This document shows positions 9,878 through 18,610 of a DNA stretch of 64,000 bases, one piece after another. The translations under genes were made by a program, and so were the position numbers. How positions within the stretch are numbered: position 1 is the stretch's first letter; every line of letters starts with the position of its first letter. Source of the DNA: Bacilli bacterium (GTDB lineage Bacteria; Bacillota_I; Bacilli_A; RFN20; UBA1709). The stretch spans positions 736,001 through 800,000 of the forward strand of contig JBMNFL010000001.1 of assembly GCA_050949315.1 (NCBI GenBank). Reading direction: 5' to 3'. A model generated the notes under the pieces. It had not been told where the DNA came from and did not search any database. It worked only from the letters and a program-made list of their open reading frames with translations.

Positions 9878-10056
9878 TCTTTTTCCTCCTTATCCTTGCT
9901 GTTTTTTAAACAACTAGTAATGGGACAAGTCTTACAAGCGGCGTCTAATTTTTCACAACCTTCGGGCTTCGGTGTATTTTTGTTTAATACATAAGAGAGC
10001 ACAAACAAAACAATTAGCGCCATAACAATAATAATTGCCCAAATATACGACGGCAT
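9874..10056 (-). CDS. Small membrane-anchored Cys-rich protein (C-x6-C-x2-C-x4-C) within the rnf operon
   Basis: Starts immediately after the rnfA stop and overlaps the rnfB start (ATGA); one TM helix, then GCEKLDAACKTCPITSC. Confidence 0.8.
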   Translation of the reverse strand: MPSYIWAIIIVMALIVLFVLSYVLNKNTPKPEGCEKLDAACKTCPITSCLKNSKDKEEKE

Positions 10057-10629
10057 TTAGAAAATCCCTCCAAAACCATAAAAGGCCAAGGCCATAACTC
10101 CTGCCAAAACAAAAGCCACCGGAATACCTTTAAAATATTTAGGAACGGGAGCAACTTCAATTTTTTCACGAATTGATGAAAAAATAAACATAACCAACAA
10201 ATAACCAACACCGATGCAAACGGCGTAAACTACTGCTTCAATGAAACTATAATTATTTTGAATATTGGTGGTGGCAACACCCAAAATCGCGCAGTTGGTA
10301 GTAATCAGTGGTAAATAAATTCCTAAAGCTTCGTAAAGTTTGGGGATGAATTTCTTCAAAAACATTTCCACAAATTGAACGAGTGTTGCAATAACCAAAA
10401 TTGAAACAATTTGATCCAAATAGTTAATCCCTAGCGGAATCAATAAGAAGTGATAAATGCACCAAGTAACCACCGAAGCCAAAACAAGAACGAAAATAAC
10501 AGCAAAACTCATTCCGATCGCATTTTTCTTTTGGGTTGAAACCCCTATAAACGAGCAAATACCCAAAAATTGAGAAAGCAGAACGTTGCTAACTAAAATA
10601 GCGCCAAAGCCCAGTGAAATTAATGCCAT
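10057..10629 (-). CDS. rnfA: Rnf complex subunit A
   Basis: NVLLSQFLGICSF, LGIYLPLITTNCAILG. Confidence 0.95.
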   Translation of the reverse strand: MALISLGFGAILVSNVLLSQFLGICSFIGVSTQKKNAIGMSFAVIFVLVLASVVTWCIYHFLLIPLGINYLDQIVSILVIATLVQFVEMFLKKFIPKLYEALGIYLPLITTNCAILGVATTNIQNNYSFIEAVVYAVCIGVGYLLVMFIFSSIREKIEVAPVPKYFKGIPVAFVLAGVMALAFYGFGGIF

Positions 10630-10630
10630 T

Positions 10631-11284
10631 TTATTTCACCTCTTTCTTTTCTTTTTTAGGCCTGTTATGAAAAGCGGCAGTAATTGCAAACATAACGCCC
10701 AAAGCAAAGAAGGCTCCTGCTGCTTGACCAAACAAGGATATTTTTAATTCTGGTAATAAAGTTAAAGTAAACGATTGCGTGGTATTAAAAGGGTTAGAAA
10801 AAGTGAGCGTTTGGGTGGAAATTATTTCCCGCACTAAACTAAAAACAATTAAAACAAGACCAAACCCCAACGACATGCCTACAGCATCAATAATTGATGG
10901 CAAAACCTTGTTTTTAGAAGCAAAAGCCTCTGCTCGACCAAGAATTAAACAATTTACAACAATTAAAGGTATGAAAATACCTAAAGATTCGTGTAGTTCT
11001 GGAGTAAAAGCCTTCATTAAGGATTCAATACAACTAACAAAAGTGGCAATCACAATAATAAAAATAGGAATTCTTATCTCGTTTGGAACTAATTTTCTAA
11101 TTAAAGATATTGTTATATTAGATAATAAAAGGACGGCAAACACCGCAAATGACATCCCAATGGCGTTATCTACCCTCGTAGAAACCGCCAATAAAGGACA
11201 AAGCCCAAGAGCAGAAACTAAAATGGGGTTTTCCGTAAAAACGCCTGTTTTAATGATGTTTTTAAATTTTACTTTTTCTTCCAT
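10631..11284 (-). CDS. rnfE: Rnf complex subunit E
   Basis: LGLCPLLAVS, IRIPIFI, LGIFIPLIVVNCLILGRAEAFA; start set at MEEKV. Confidence 0.95.
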   Translation of the reverse strand: MEEKVKFKNIIKTGVFTENPILVSALGLCPLLAVSTRVDNAIGMSFAVFAVLLLSNITISLIRKLVPNEIRIPIFIIVIATFVSCIESLMKAFTPELHESLGIFIPLIVVNCLILGRAEAFASKNKVLPSIIDAVGMSLGFGLVLIVFSLVREIISTQTLTFSNPFNTTQSFTLTLLPELKISLFGQAAGAFFALGVMFAITAAFHNRPKKEKKEVK

Positions 11285-11285
11285 T

Positions 11286-11837
11286 TTATTTATCCTCCCT
11301 AACTGTGCTATGAAAATCAATAACCTTAGTTACGGATTTTTTAATTCCATTCATGGTTTTGGTAGCTCCTGTTGATAGGTCCGTTCCTTTGTCTAATTTA
11401 TTAAACGGTAAATCTTTAAACCACGCGACAAATTCTTCGTTTGCAATTAAATCGGCGCCATAGCCTGAAGTTTCGCTATTAGAAATAAAACTAATTCCTA
11501 TGATTTTTTCTTCTTCATTACTAAGAACTATCAAATAAACGATATCCCCACTATAGCCCTTACCAACCGCTTGATAAGCGCTGGCTTTTTTTTCTCCTCC
11601 CGTTGTTAAGTCATAAATCGTGCTAATGCTATATTGATCTAAATTATCATAACCCTTGCTGACGTCTTCTACTGTTTCAACATTTGGATAAAGTTCTTCG
11701 ATGGCTTCTTTGGCTTTTTGAATATTTCTTTCATTAATTATCGGATTTGTAATCCAGTAAACAATTGCTAAACAAAAAGCACAAATTATACCAACAATCG
11801 CTAAGATCAAGGGATATTTTAAAAACTTATTTTTCAT
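11286..11837 (-). CDS. rnfG: Rnf complex subunit G (FMN-binding)
   Basis: N-terminal TM, GYSG, ETSGYG, flavinylation motif STGAT. Confidence 0.9.
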   Translation of the reverse strand: MKNKFLKYPLILAIVGIICAFCLAIVYWITNPIINERNIQKAKEAIEELYPNVETVEDVSKGYDNLDQYSISTIYDLTTGGEKKASAYQAVGKGYSGDIVYLIVLSNEEEKIIGISFISNSETSGYGADLIANEEFVAWFKDLPFNKLDKGTDLSTGATKTMNGIKKSVTKVIDFHSTVREDK

Positions 11838-12901
11838 TAAGCTACACCCCCTAAGAAGGCAACGCCAATATTAATTCCAATTGCCAAGACAAGAAGCGCC
11901 AAAATTACGCCCCAGCGTTGACCAATTTTATCAGTGGTTTTACCTTTAACTAAACCGTCAATGATTGGTGTTAAAAGGTTCATAAAAACAATAGAGAAGA
12001 CCACGCCTTCTGGCAGGGCTCCAGAGACCCTAATTAGAATCGTAATTGCTGCGGCGCCTAACCCAAAAATAATTTTCCCCATCGGCGATGTTGGTGTAGT
12101 AACTGGATCAGTAACCATAAACACCGCACCAAAGGCTAGTCCCCCAACCAAAATATGGGTTATTCCATAAACAAACGGGTTGGCAACCCCAAAGGCTAAT
12201 CCCATAAATAACGTTATTAAGAACGCCGAAACAGTATAACTTACCATAAGTCTTGGGTCGGCAATCTTTCTAATTGATAAATAAATTCCAGCAATAAGTA
12301 ATGTTAATGCGCTGGTTTCGCCAATCGCCCCCGCGTAGTTTCCCAAAAACAAACGACCGAGACTGAAGCCGTCAGGTAGAATTCCGTCTTTCCAATTGAG
12401 TGCGCTCGTTATTGTCGCGCTTGTTGTGGCATCACTAACTAGCCCTGGAACTCCAGTGATTGCTAAAGAAAATGATAAGGCAACAATAATTCTTCCTAGG
12501 CCAGCTGGGTTAATTGGGTTATAACCAAAACCTCCGAAAACAATTTTACCAAAAACAATAGCTAAAACAATGCCGACGACAATTGCATAATAAGAAACTG
12601 TAACTGGCAAAGTCAAAACAAAGATTAAGGCCGTAACATAACTATAAGAGCCTACAAAATACTGCCAAACATTCTTTTTAATTATTAAAGCGGTAACAAC
12701 ATCTGTAACAAAAGCCGCAACTAAAGCAACAACCCCCATTAGAATGGTTTTTGTTCCTTCAGCTTCTCCCATAAGGGTATAATTCATTAAAATCGCCACA
12801 AACCAAACCACAACCAAAACAAGGCTTAGTTCAAGCATAATTCCTTTAGTTGTGCGCTTTGTGCTTCTTTGGAAAGGCGCTGGTTTTATTCTAAACTTCA
12901 T
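11837..12901 (-). CDS. rnfD: Rnf complex subunit D
   Basis: KIVFGGFGYNPINPA, DATTSAT (FMN site), GAIGETS, FMVTDPVTTP, PEGVVFSI. Confidence 0.95.
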   Translation of the reverse strand: MKFRIKPAPFQRSTKRTTKGIMLELSLVLVVVWFVAILMNYTLMGEAEGTKTILMGVVALVAAFVTDVVTALIIKKNVWQYFVGSYSYVTALIFVLTLPVTVSYYAIVVGIVLAIVFGKIVFGGFGYNPINPAGLGRIIVALSFSLAITGVPGLVSDATTSATITSALNWKDGILPDGFSLGRLFLGNYAGAIGETSALTLLIAGIYLSIRKIADPRLMVSYTVSAFLITLFMGLAFGVANPFVYGITHILVGGLAFGAVFMVTDPVTTPTSPMGKIIFGLGAAAITILIRVSGALPEGVVFSIVFMNLLTPIIDGLVKGKTTDKIGQRWGVILALLVLAIGINIGVAFLGGVA

Positions 12902-12913
12902 CCGCTCTCCCCC

Positions 12914-14233
12914 TTATTTCTTGGCAGCCTTAGCTTTGGCGGCCGCAATTTTCAGCATCAATTTGGCTTTGCGAATACTTTCTGTCACCATAATTCGACT
13001 TGGACAAACGAAAGTACAAAGACCGCATTCAATACAACTATTTACTTTTAAGTCTTGGAGTCTTTTTTCGTCTTTCTTTTCAACTGCCTCTTTAATCTCT
13101 ACTGGTTGCAGAGAGGCCGGACAGTGAAGAGTACAGGCTCCACAACGCAAACAAGGTTCAGCTTCAATTTCTTCAAAAAATAAAACTGTGTAGCCTCCGC
13201 TTTGCTTTTCAACAACAAATTGGTCATTCATTTGTGCCTTGCTACACATTGGTCCACCAGCCAAGAGAAAAACTTGTTCTCCTTTATAGCCGCCACAAGC
13301 TTCAATAATTTTGCTAACAACTGTCCCAACAGGAACTCGAATGTTTTGGGGCTCTTTAATTGCGGTTCCTGAAACAGTAACAACTCTTTCGGTTATAGGT
13401 TTTCCTTCTAAGACGGCTTTAGCAACCGCCATTGCCGTTTGTGCATTATTTACGATAACCCCAATTTCAGAAGGAAGATTTTCATATTCTTTTTTAAAAA
13501 CGTTCCAAACCAAGGTTCTTTCCCAACCGGCCGGGTAACGATCTTTAACTTCTTTAATTTCAATATTAGGATAACTGTCTATATACTTTAGAATGGCTTC
13601 TTTCATATCGGAGTGCCCTTCTTTAAAGGCGATAATTGCCTTTTTTGCCTGACTTGCGCGCATCATTAAACTTATGCCCTTGAGCATGGTCTCGGTTTCT
13701 TCAACAACCATTAAATTATCGGTAGTTAAATAAGGCTCGCATTCACAAGCGTTAATTAAGATGGTTTTAATATTTTTGGCTCCATATTTGATATAGGTTG
13801 GGAAACCCGCGCCACCTAAGCCAACTATTCCCGCTTCCTTGATGGCCTCAACAATTTCTTCAGAACTAACTTTATCATAATCATATTTTTTTAAACTTTC
13901 TTCTGTTTCATATTTAAAATCGTTATCAATAACAAAGTGGTCAACCGGCCGACCCGTTAAAGAATTAAATCTTTTTTCCGTTCCTGAAACAAATCCAGAG
14001 ACAGGCGAGAAAACCGGAACATAAAAACCTTGAGAAACACCAATTCTTGTTCCTTTTTTGACATAATCGCCTTCTTTGATGTCTAACAACAACTCTTTTC
14101 CGTTTCCTGAAACAAGAGGAATATAAATTTTACCGATGGCCTTTGGATCAGTAAGCGTAATAATTTTTTTGCCGTGGGTTAACTCTTTGTGACCCTGGAT
14201 ATGACAACCGCCCCGAGAAAATAGAATTCCCAT
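12914..14233 (-). CDS. rnfC: Rnf complex subunit C
   Basis: GIVGLGGAGFPT, NACECEPYLT, GGPM, two ferredoxin motifs CLRCGAC..CP and CIECGLC..CP; start at ATG 14233 after AGGAGG. Confidence 0.96.
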   Translation of the reverse strand: MGILFSRGGCHIQGHKELTHGKKIITLTDPKAIGKIYIPLVSGNGKELLLDIKEGDYVKKGTRIGVSQGFYVPVFSPVSGFVSGTEKRFNSLTGRPVDHFVIDNDFKYETEESLKKYDYDKVSSEEIVEAIKEAGIVGLGGAGFPTYIKYGAKNIKTILINACECEPYLTTDNLMVVEETETMLKGISLMMRASQAKKAIIAFKEGHSDMKEAILKYIDSYPNIEIKEVKDRYPAGWERTLVWNVFKKEYENLPSEIGVIVNNAQTAMAVAKAVLEGKPITERVVTVSGTAIKEPQNIRVPVGTVVSKIIEACGGYKGEQVFLLAGGPMCSKAQMNDQFVVEKQSGGYTVLFFEEIEAEPCLRCGACTLHCPASLQPVEIKEAVEKKDEKRLQDLKVNSCIECGLCTFVCPSRIMVTESIRKAKLMLKIAAAKAKAAKK

Positions 14234-14321
14234 TTTATTCCTCCTTTTTGTCGACACAGATATATTAATTTATTTGTTTTATACTGCCTTTTATAGTAAA
14301 ACTGAATATCAATTCACATTA

Positions 14322-14350
14322 ATTATCAGTTGCTTTCTTCTAATAGTCAA
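14322..14350 (-). promoter_or_regulatory. Sigma-A-like promoter of the rnf operon
   Basis: TTGACT-17 bp-GATAAT on the minus strand. Confidence 0.55.
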
Positions 14351-14385
14351 GAACTTTTAAAAAAACTAAAAATTTATTCAATAAT

Positions 14386-14406
14386 AAAACAAGCCCATAA
14401 GGGCTT
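14386..14406 (-). terminator. Intrinsic terminator after jag
   Basis: AAGCCC-TTAT-GGGCTT followed by GTTTT. Confidence 0.65.
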
Positions 14407-15040
14407 AATTTTCTTCTTCGGCGACTTTTGTTTTCTTTTCTTCGGTATAAATGATGTTAATTTGTCTTTTTTGCCCTGAGCCCGAGCTTTCAGTTTTAAT
14501 ATTGCGCATCGCGCTTAAGGCGTTGTGGACAATTCTTCGTTCATCGCTAGTCATCGGATCAAGTTTCGCATTAATCTTGCTTTTTTGTACCTCGCGGGCA
14601 ATACGCCGGGCCATTCTGGTGATTTTTTCGTACTTTTCCTCTTTATACGTGCTAATATCTAAAAGAATGCGATACCGTCTCCCAAAGGCGGAGCTGATAG
14701 CGTTGCGCACAACACTATTAATTGCCTGGAGCGTCCTTCCATTTTTACCAATTAGAATTGAATTGTGGGTTGTATCTAAGTTGATTTTGAGAACGCCTTC
14801 TTCAAGCGTGGTTTCCATAGACCCTTCTAAACCATAATTCTTAATAATTTTGATTATGTAGGCTTCGGCAAATTCAATAACATCGGTTATTGTATATGCT
14901 TCAATTTCAACCTTTTTACCAAATAGCCCTTTTTTCTCTTCTAAAACTGTGTAATAGACATATTCGGCATCAATATTAAATTCTTCACACGCCTTATCAA
15001 TAGCTTCTTCAATTGTTTTTCCTGAAAATTTAGTTTTCAT
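14405..15040 (-). CDS. jag: RNA-binding protein Jag/EloR (KhpB)
   Basis: Jag_N (FSGKTIEEAI), KH (LIGKNGRTLQAI), R3H (ERRIVHNAL). Confidence 0.94.
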   Translation of the reverse strand: MKTKFSGKTIEEAIDKACEEFNIDAEYVYYTVLEEKKGLFGKKVEIEAYTITDVIEFAEAYIIKIIKNYGLEGSMETTLEEGVLKINLDTTHNSILIGKNGRTLQAINSVVRNAISSAFGRRYRILLDISTYKEEKYEKITRMARRIAREVQKSKINAKLDPMTSDERRIVHNALSAMRNIKTESSGSGQKRQINIIYTEEKKTKVAEEEN

Positions 15041-15050
15041 TTTGCTCCTC

Positions 15051-16220
15051 CTATCTAGCCGCGCTTAATTTTGCTGGTCTAGCAAATTTTTGCATGAATA
15101 TAGCTTGCAAAATTGAGAACCAAGAGGACGCTATCCAGTATAGAGACATGGCGATTGGCAGCATCCAACCAATAATCACAATCATAATTAAGAAGAAGTA
15201 TGTCATAAAGTTTTGTTGATTTAGGCCACCTTGCATACCTGGGCGTTTGTCCCTCCGGGCTTTATTTAACCATTGCGATATTTTCATAGAAACAAACTGT
15301 GAGACAATCATTAAAAGAAAAACGGCAATGCCAAAAAAATTGATTTTGAGAATTATATCACCAAGATGGGCTCCAAGACTAATATTAAAAATTGTGGCTT
15401 CGTGAATCATAGCCGTGTCTTTTACTGCTCCATAAACTGCAATAAATACTGGGAATGTCAAAAATGGTACTATCAAACTAGATATTGGGTTTATTTTATG
15501 CTTTTTGTATAAATCCATGGTTTCTCTTGCTCTTGCTGCTTTTGCTGATTCGTCATTGCGGTTAGCATATTTTGCCGCAATAGCATTGAGTTGAGGCTGT
15601 ATCATCTGTAATCTTTGTGTTTGTTTTGTAGAACGCCACGTTATCCCTAATAGTCCTGTTCTAATAATAAATGTGACAAGAAAAACAGCACCAATTAATG
15701 CGATTCCGCTTCCACCAAACCAAGAACCAACGGTGGTAAAACCCCAGGAAACAGGATAAGCTAAAATTTCAAGTAAACCGCAAGAAAATGCATAGCCAAA
15801 ACTCTTGGGTTCAATGTAGGCCCCTTCGCCGCCATCCGTTGGTTTAGTTATTTTATCATAATGGTCTTTTGTAACGAGACAAGTTTTAGGGTGATTGTCT
15901 TTATAAATTTTATAAGCATAATCATACTGTAAAGTCTTGCCTTCGGCCGCCCAGTCTTTGTTTGCACTGGGTGTGCCAGCTAACGCTTCCCATGTTGCTC
16001 CTTCATCACTTGTCACTTTTGATTTAAGAATTTCTTCGGTAGTTGGTTTTTTATGATAAACATCAACAACAGACCCGTCGTCATGATCATAGTTATAAAT
16101 TACCTGAGTAACAATGTGATCAATGTCTTGGTGGCTACAAAAGTTTGTACCACAAGCCGTAAATGTTAGAAGTATTAAGGCAAAAAACAAAATAGAAATT
16201 GTTTTAAATAGTTTGTTCAT
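15051..16220 (-). CDS. yidC: Membrane protein insertase YidC (lipoprotein, enlarged extracytoplasmic region)
   Basis: Lipobox-like TFTAC, QPQLNAI..KY, LYKKHKINP, LYWIASS; located after rnpA. Confidence 0.92.
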   Translation of the reverse strand: MNKLFKTISILFFALILLTFTACGTNFCSHQDIDHIVTQVIYNYDHDDGSVVDVYHKKPTTEEILKSKVTSDEGATWEALAGTPSANKDWAAEGKTLQYDYAYKIYKDNHPKTCLVTKDHYDKITKPTDGGEGAYIEPKSFGYAFSCGLLEILAYPVSWGFTTVGSWFGGSGIALIGAVFLVTFIIRTGLLGITWRSTKQTQRLQMIQPQLNAIAAKYANRNDESAKAARARETMDLYKKHKINPISSLIVPFLTFPVFIAVYGAVKDTAMIHEATIFNISLGAHLGDIILKINFFGIAVFLLMIVSQFVSMKISQWLNKARRDKRPGMQGGLNQQNFMTYFFLIMIVIIGWMLPIAMSLYWIASSWFSILQAIFMQKFARPAKLSAAR

Positions 16221-16559
16221 TTAGTTATCACCTCGTTTTGTAAACTTTTTATAAAGATATTTTAATTCTTCCAAATTCTCGCTGAAGTTTTTATCGAGAT
16301 ACCCTTTTCGTAGGATTAATACCATATCATAAGAACACTCTAGTGAGAAAACATCATCAATCATCATTCGAACTTGACGTTTGTAGCGGTTCCGTTGGAC
16401 CGCGTTGCCAAGTTGTCGACTAACACTGATCCCAATTCTGATTTGGCCTAAATCGTTTTGGCGATAACGAAGAATAAAGGATGAGTTAGAACAAAAGCTT
16501 TTTGCATCTAAAACTTTTTTGAAATCTTCATTTTTTAACAAACGATATTGCTTCTTCAT
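16221..16559 (-). CDS. rnpA: Ribonuclease P protein component
   Basis: RLLKNEDF, RIGISVSRQLGNAVQRNRYKR. Confidence 0.96.
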   Translation of the reverse strand: MKKQYRLLKNEDFKKVLDAKSFCSNSSFILRYRQNDLGQIRIGISVSRQLGNAVQRNRYKRQVRMMIDDVFSLECSYDMVLILRKGYLDKNFSENLEELKYLYKKFTKRGDN

Positions 16560-16603
16560 TTTGGAAACCTCTTTTTGAAAACCACTTCTTTTGTGGTTAA
16601 AAA

Positions 16604-16738
16604 TCAGGCAGACAAAATTTTTCTACCCTTTTTCCGCCTTCTTGCTAAAACCTTGCGGCCTGCCGGTGTTGCCATCCTGGCCCGGAAACCGTGCATTTTG
16701 GCACGCTTTCTCTTGCTCGGTTGATAGGTTCTTTTCAC
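16604..16738 (-). CDS. rpmH: 50S ribosomal protein L34
   Basis: GTG start at 16738 after GGAGG; [22 protein letters not shown]...LSA, TGA stop. Confidence 0.97.
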   Translation of the reverse strand: MKRTYQPSKRKRAKMHGFRARMATPAGRKVLARRRKKGRKILSA

Positions 16739-16774
16739 TAATAACACCTCCACGATAAATTGATACGCGGTATA

Positions 16775-16804
16775 ATTATACGTGCCCGCGCATGATAAAG
16801 TCAA
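16775..16804 (-). promoter_or_regulatory. rpmH operon promoter
   Basis: TTGACT-18 bp-TATAAT on the minus strand. Confidence 0.7.
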
Positions 16805-16859
16805 CCAAATAAAAAAATCCTGTTTGTTTAAATTTCTTTGTGATTTTGATTTTATTTCT

Positions 16860-17060
16860 TGTGGATAACAACAAAATGTACCCAAAAACACCATGTTTTT
16901 TGATGTGGATATTTTTTTCTTTCAACAACGATTATCAACGGATGTATCCACAAATAACCAACATTGCTTTTTTTCTCTTTTAATCCACAAAAACATTATG
17001 TGGAAAAGTGTAAATTCTCTGTTTTTTTCGTTGTTTTTGGTGTTAATTTAGTGTGGATAA
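16860..17060. other. oriC part 1: DnaA box cluster upstream of dnaA
   Basis: Perfect TGTGGATAA at 16860 and 17052; one-mismatch boxes at 16904 (TGTGGATAT), 16944 (GTATCCACA), 16981 (TAATCCACA) and 16999 (TGTGGAAAA); gene orientation flips here. Confidence 0.92.
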
Positions 17061-17136
17061 CTTTTAAACCTCCTTTTTTGCCTTTTTATTTCATAAAATG
17101 TGTGTTAGAATTTGCCTGTAGTGAGGTTTTACATAT

Positions 17137-18489
17137 ATGAATTTAGCAAACAAATATGAGGAGATTTGGCAAGGCGTTTTAGCCGACCTCAAAAAACAAA
17201 TTAATGACAATGCGGTTTTGAGTAGTTTTTTTTACGGAACAAAAATTATCGCCATAGACGGCGACTCTATTACTGTTTCAGCTCCTAATGGTTTTGCAGC
17301 AGAAATTTTAAACCGAAGATATCTTGAAACCATTCAAGAGACCTTGAATGCTCGAACTCAATCTAATTTTAAATGCCAAATTGTTGATGCCAACTCTTTA
17401 GATGAGGCTATTAAAATTACAAGAACGGATCCTGTTTCTGTCTCTTTTATTAGTAATTTAAATCCGAAATTTACTTTTGAAAGTTTTGTTGTTGGTCCTA
17501 GCAACCATGAAAGTTATGTTGCTGCGATGGCAACCGCTGTAGATCCTGGGAATTTTTACAACCCTCTTTTTATTTATGGAAAATCTGGTTTGGGTAAAAC
17601 CCACTTGCTTCACGCTATTGGTAATTATATTCGCTTTAAAGCGCCAAATATAAAAGTTTTATATCGTTCAACCGATGATTTTATTGAAGAAGTTGTTAAA
17701 GCTTTTAAAGATTCGGGGATTGAAACTTTAAAGGATCGATATCGCGAAGTTGATGTTTTGTTGTTAGATGATGTTCAATTTTTATCAACAAAAGAAAAAA
17801 CAAAAGAAACTTTATTCCATATTTTTAATTTATTAATTAATACTGGCAAACAAATTGTATTAACCAGCGACCGTCACCCTCAAGAATTAAAGTCTTTGGA
17901 GGCTCGTCTTGTTGGCCGTTTTTCTTCGGGTTTATCGGTAGAAATTAAGGCTTTGGAGTATGAAACGGCTTACCAAATTTTAAAAAAGAAAATCGAATCT
18001 CACGATATTAATAATGGAAAAATTGATGACGAGGTTCTTCAATACCTAGCCGCCAACTATTCATCTGATGTTCGCAAGCTTGAAGGCGCCCTAAATAAAC
18101 TGTTGTTCTACGCTATAACTTTTAATCCGGGTTCGGATATTGATATGAAAGTTGTAAATAACACCTTCGCACCTTTAATTCGTAATCAAGAAAGAAATCA
18201 AGTTGATATTAATCGAATTAAAACAGCGGTTTCTGAATACTACTGTATTTCGCCGTCACAACTATCAAGCAAACTTAGAACTAGTAATATCACCGTTGCT
18301 AGACATATCGCTATGTATTTATGTCGCAACATGTTAGACGTTTCTCTTGTAAAAATAGGAGAAGAGTTTGGGGGACGGGATCACTCGACTGTGATTAATG
18401 CTTGTGAAAAAGTTGAAAGAATGTTGAAAGAAAACCCTGATTATATTCAAGCTGTTGAAGAGTTAAAAAAACTTATAAAATCGGTATAA
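17137..18489 (+). CDS. dnaA: Chromosomal replication initiator DnaA
   Basis: NPLFIYGKSGLGKTHLL, LLLDDVQF, RHIAMYL, IGEEFGGRDHSTVI. Confidence 0.99.
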   Translation: MNLANKYEEIWQGVLADLKKQINDNAVLSSFFYGTKIIAIDGDSITVSAPNGFAAEILNRRYLETIQETLNARTQSNFKCQIVDANSLDEAIKITRTDPVSVSFISNLNPKFTFESFVVGPSNHESYVAAMATAVDPGNFYNPLFIYGKSGLGKTHLLHAIGNYIRFKAPNIKVLYRSTDDFIEEVVKAFKDSGIETLKDRYREVDVLLLDDVQFLSTKEKTKETLFHIFNLLINTGKQIVLTSDRHPQELKSLEARLVGRFSSGLSVEIKALEYETAYQILKKKIESHDINNGKIDDEVLQYLAANYSSDVRKLEGALNKLLFYAITFNPGSDIDMKVVNNTFAPLIRNQERNQVDINRIKTAVSEYYCISPSQLSSKLRTSNITVARHIAMYLCRNMLDVSLVKIGEEFGGRDHSTVINACEKVERMLKENPDYIQAVEELKKLIKSV

Positions 18490-18514
18490 AAACATTTCTC
18501 TAGTTGAATAAATA

Positions 18515-18523
18515 TGCTATAAT
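18515..18523 (+). promoter_or_regulatory. Extended -10 promoter upstream of dnaN
   Basis: TGCTATAAT. Confidence 0.55.
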
Positions 18524-18534
18524 TATAGAGGTCG

Positions 18535-18570
18535 TTATCCACAAATCCACGTTGCTTATTATTAAAACTA
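18535..18570 (+). other. oriC part 2: unwinding module (two overlapping DnaA boxes plus DnaA-trios)
   Basis: TTATCCACAAATCCACG followed by TTA-TTA-TTA-AAA-CTA, matching the B. subtilis box6/7-trio layout. Confidence 0.85.
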
Positions 18571-18610
18571 TAAATATAAGAAATAAGAAGAAAGAGAAAG
18601 GGAAAATAAA

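Noticed and set aside
16770-16781. Perfect palindrome GTATAATTATAC suggesting divergent overlapping -10 boxes
   Set aside because: Only the minus-strand TATAAT has a matching -35; the plus-strand copy has no -35 or TG extension.
16739-16894. N-terminal extension of the 96-aa ORF containing L34
   Set aside because: The true GTG start with GGAGG is at 16738; the extension covers the promoter and a DnaA box.
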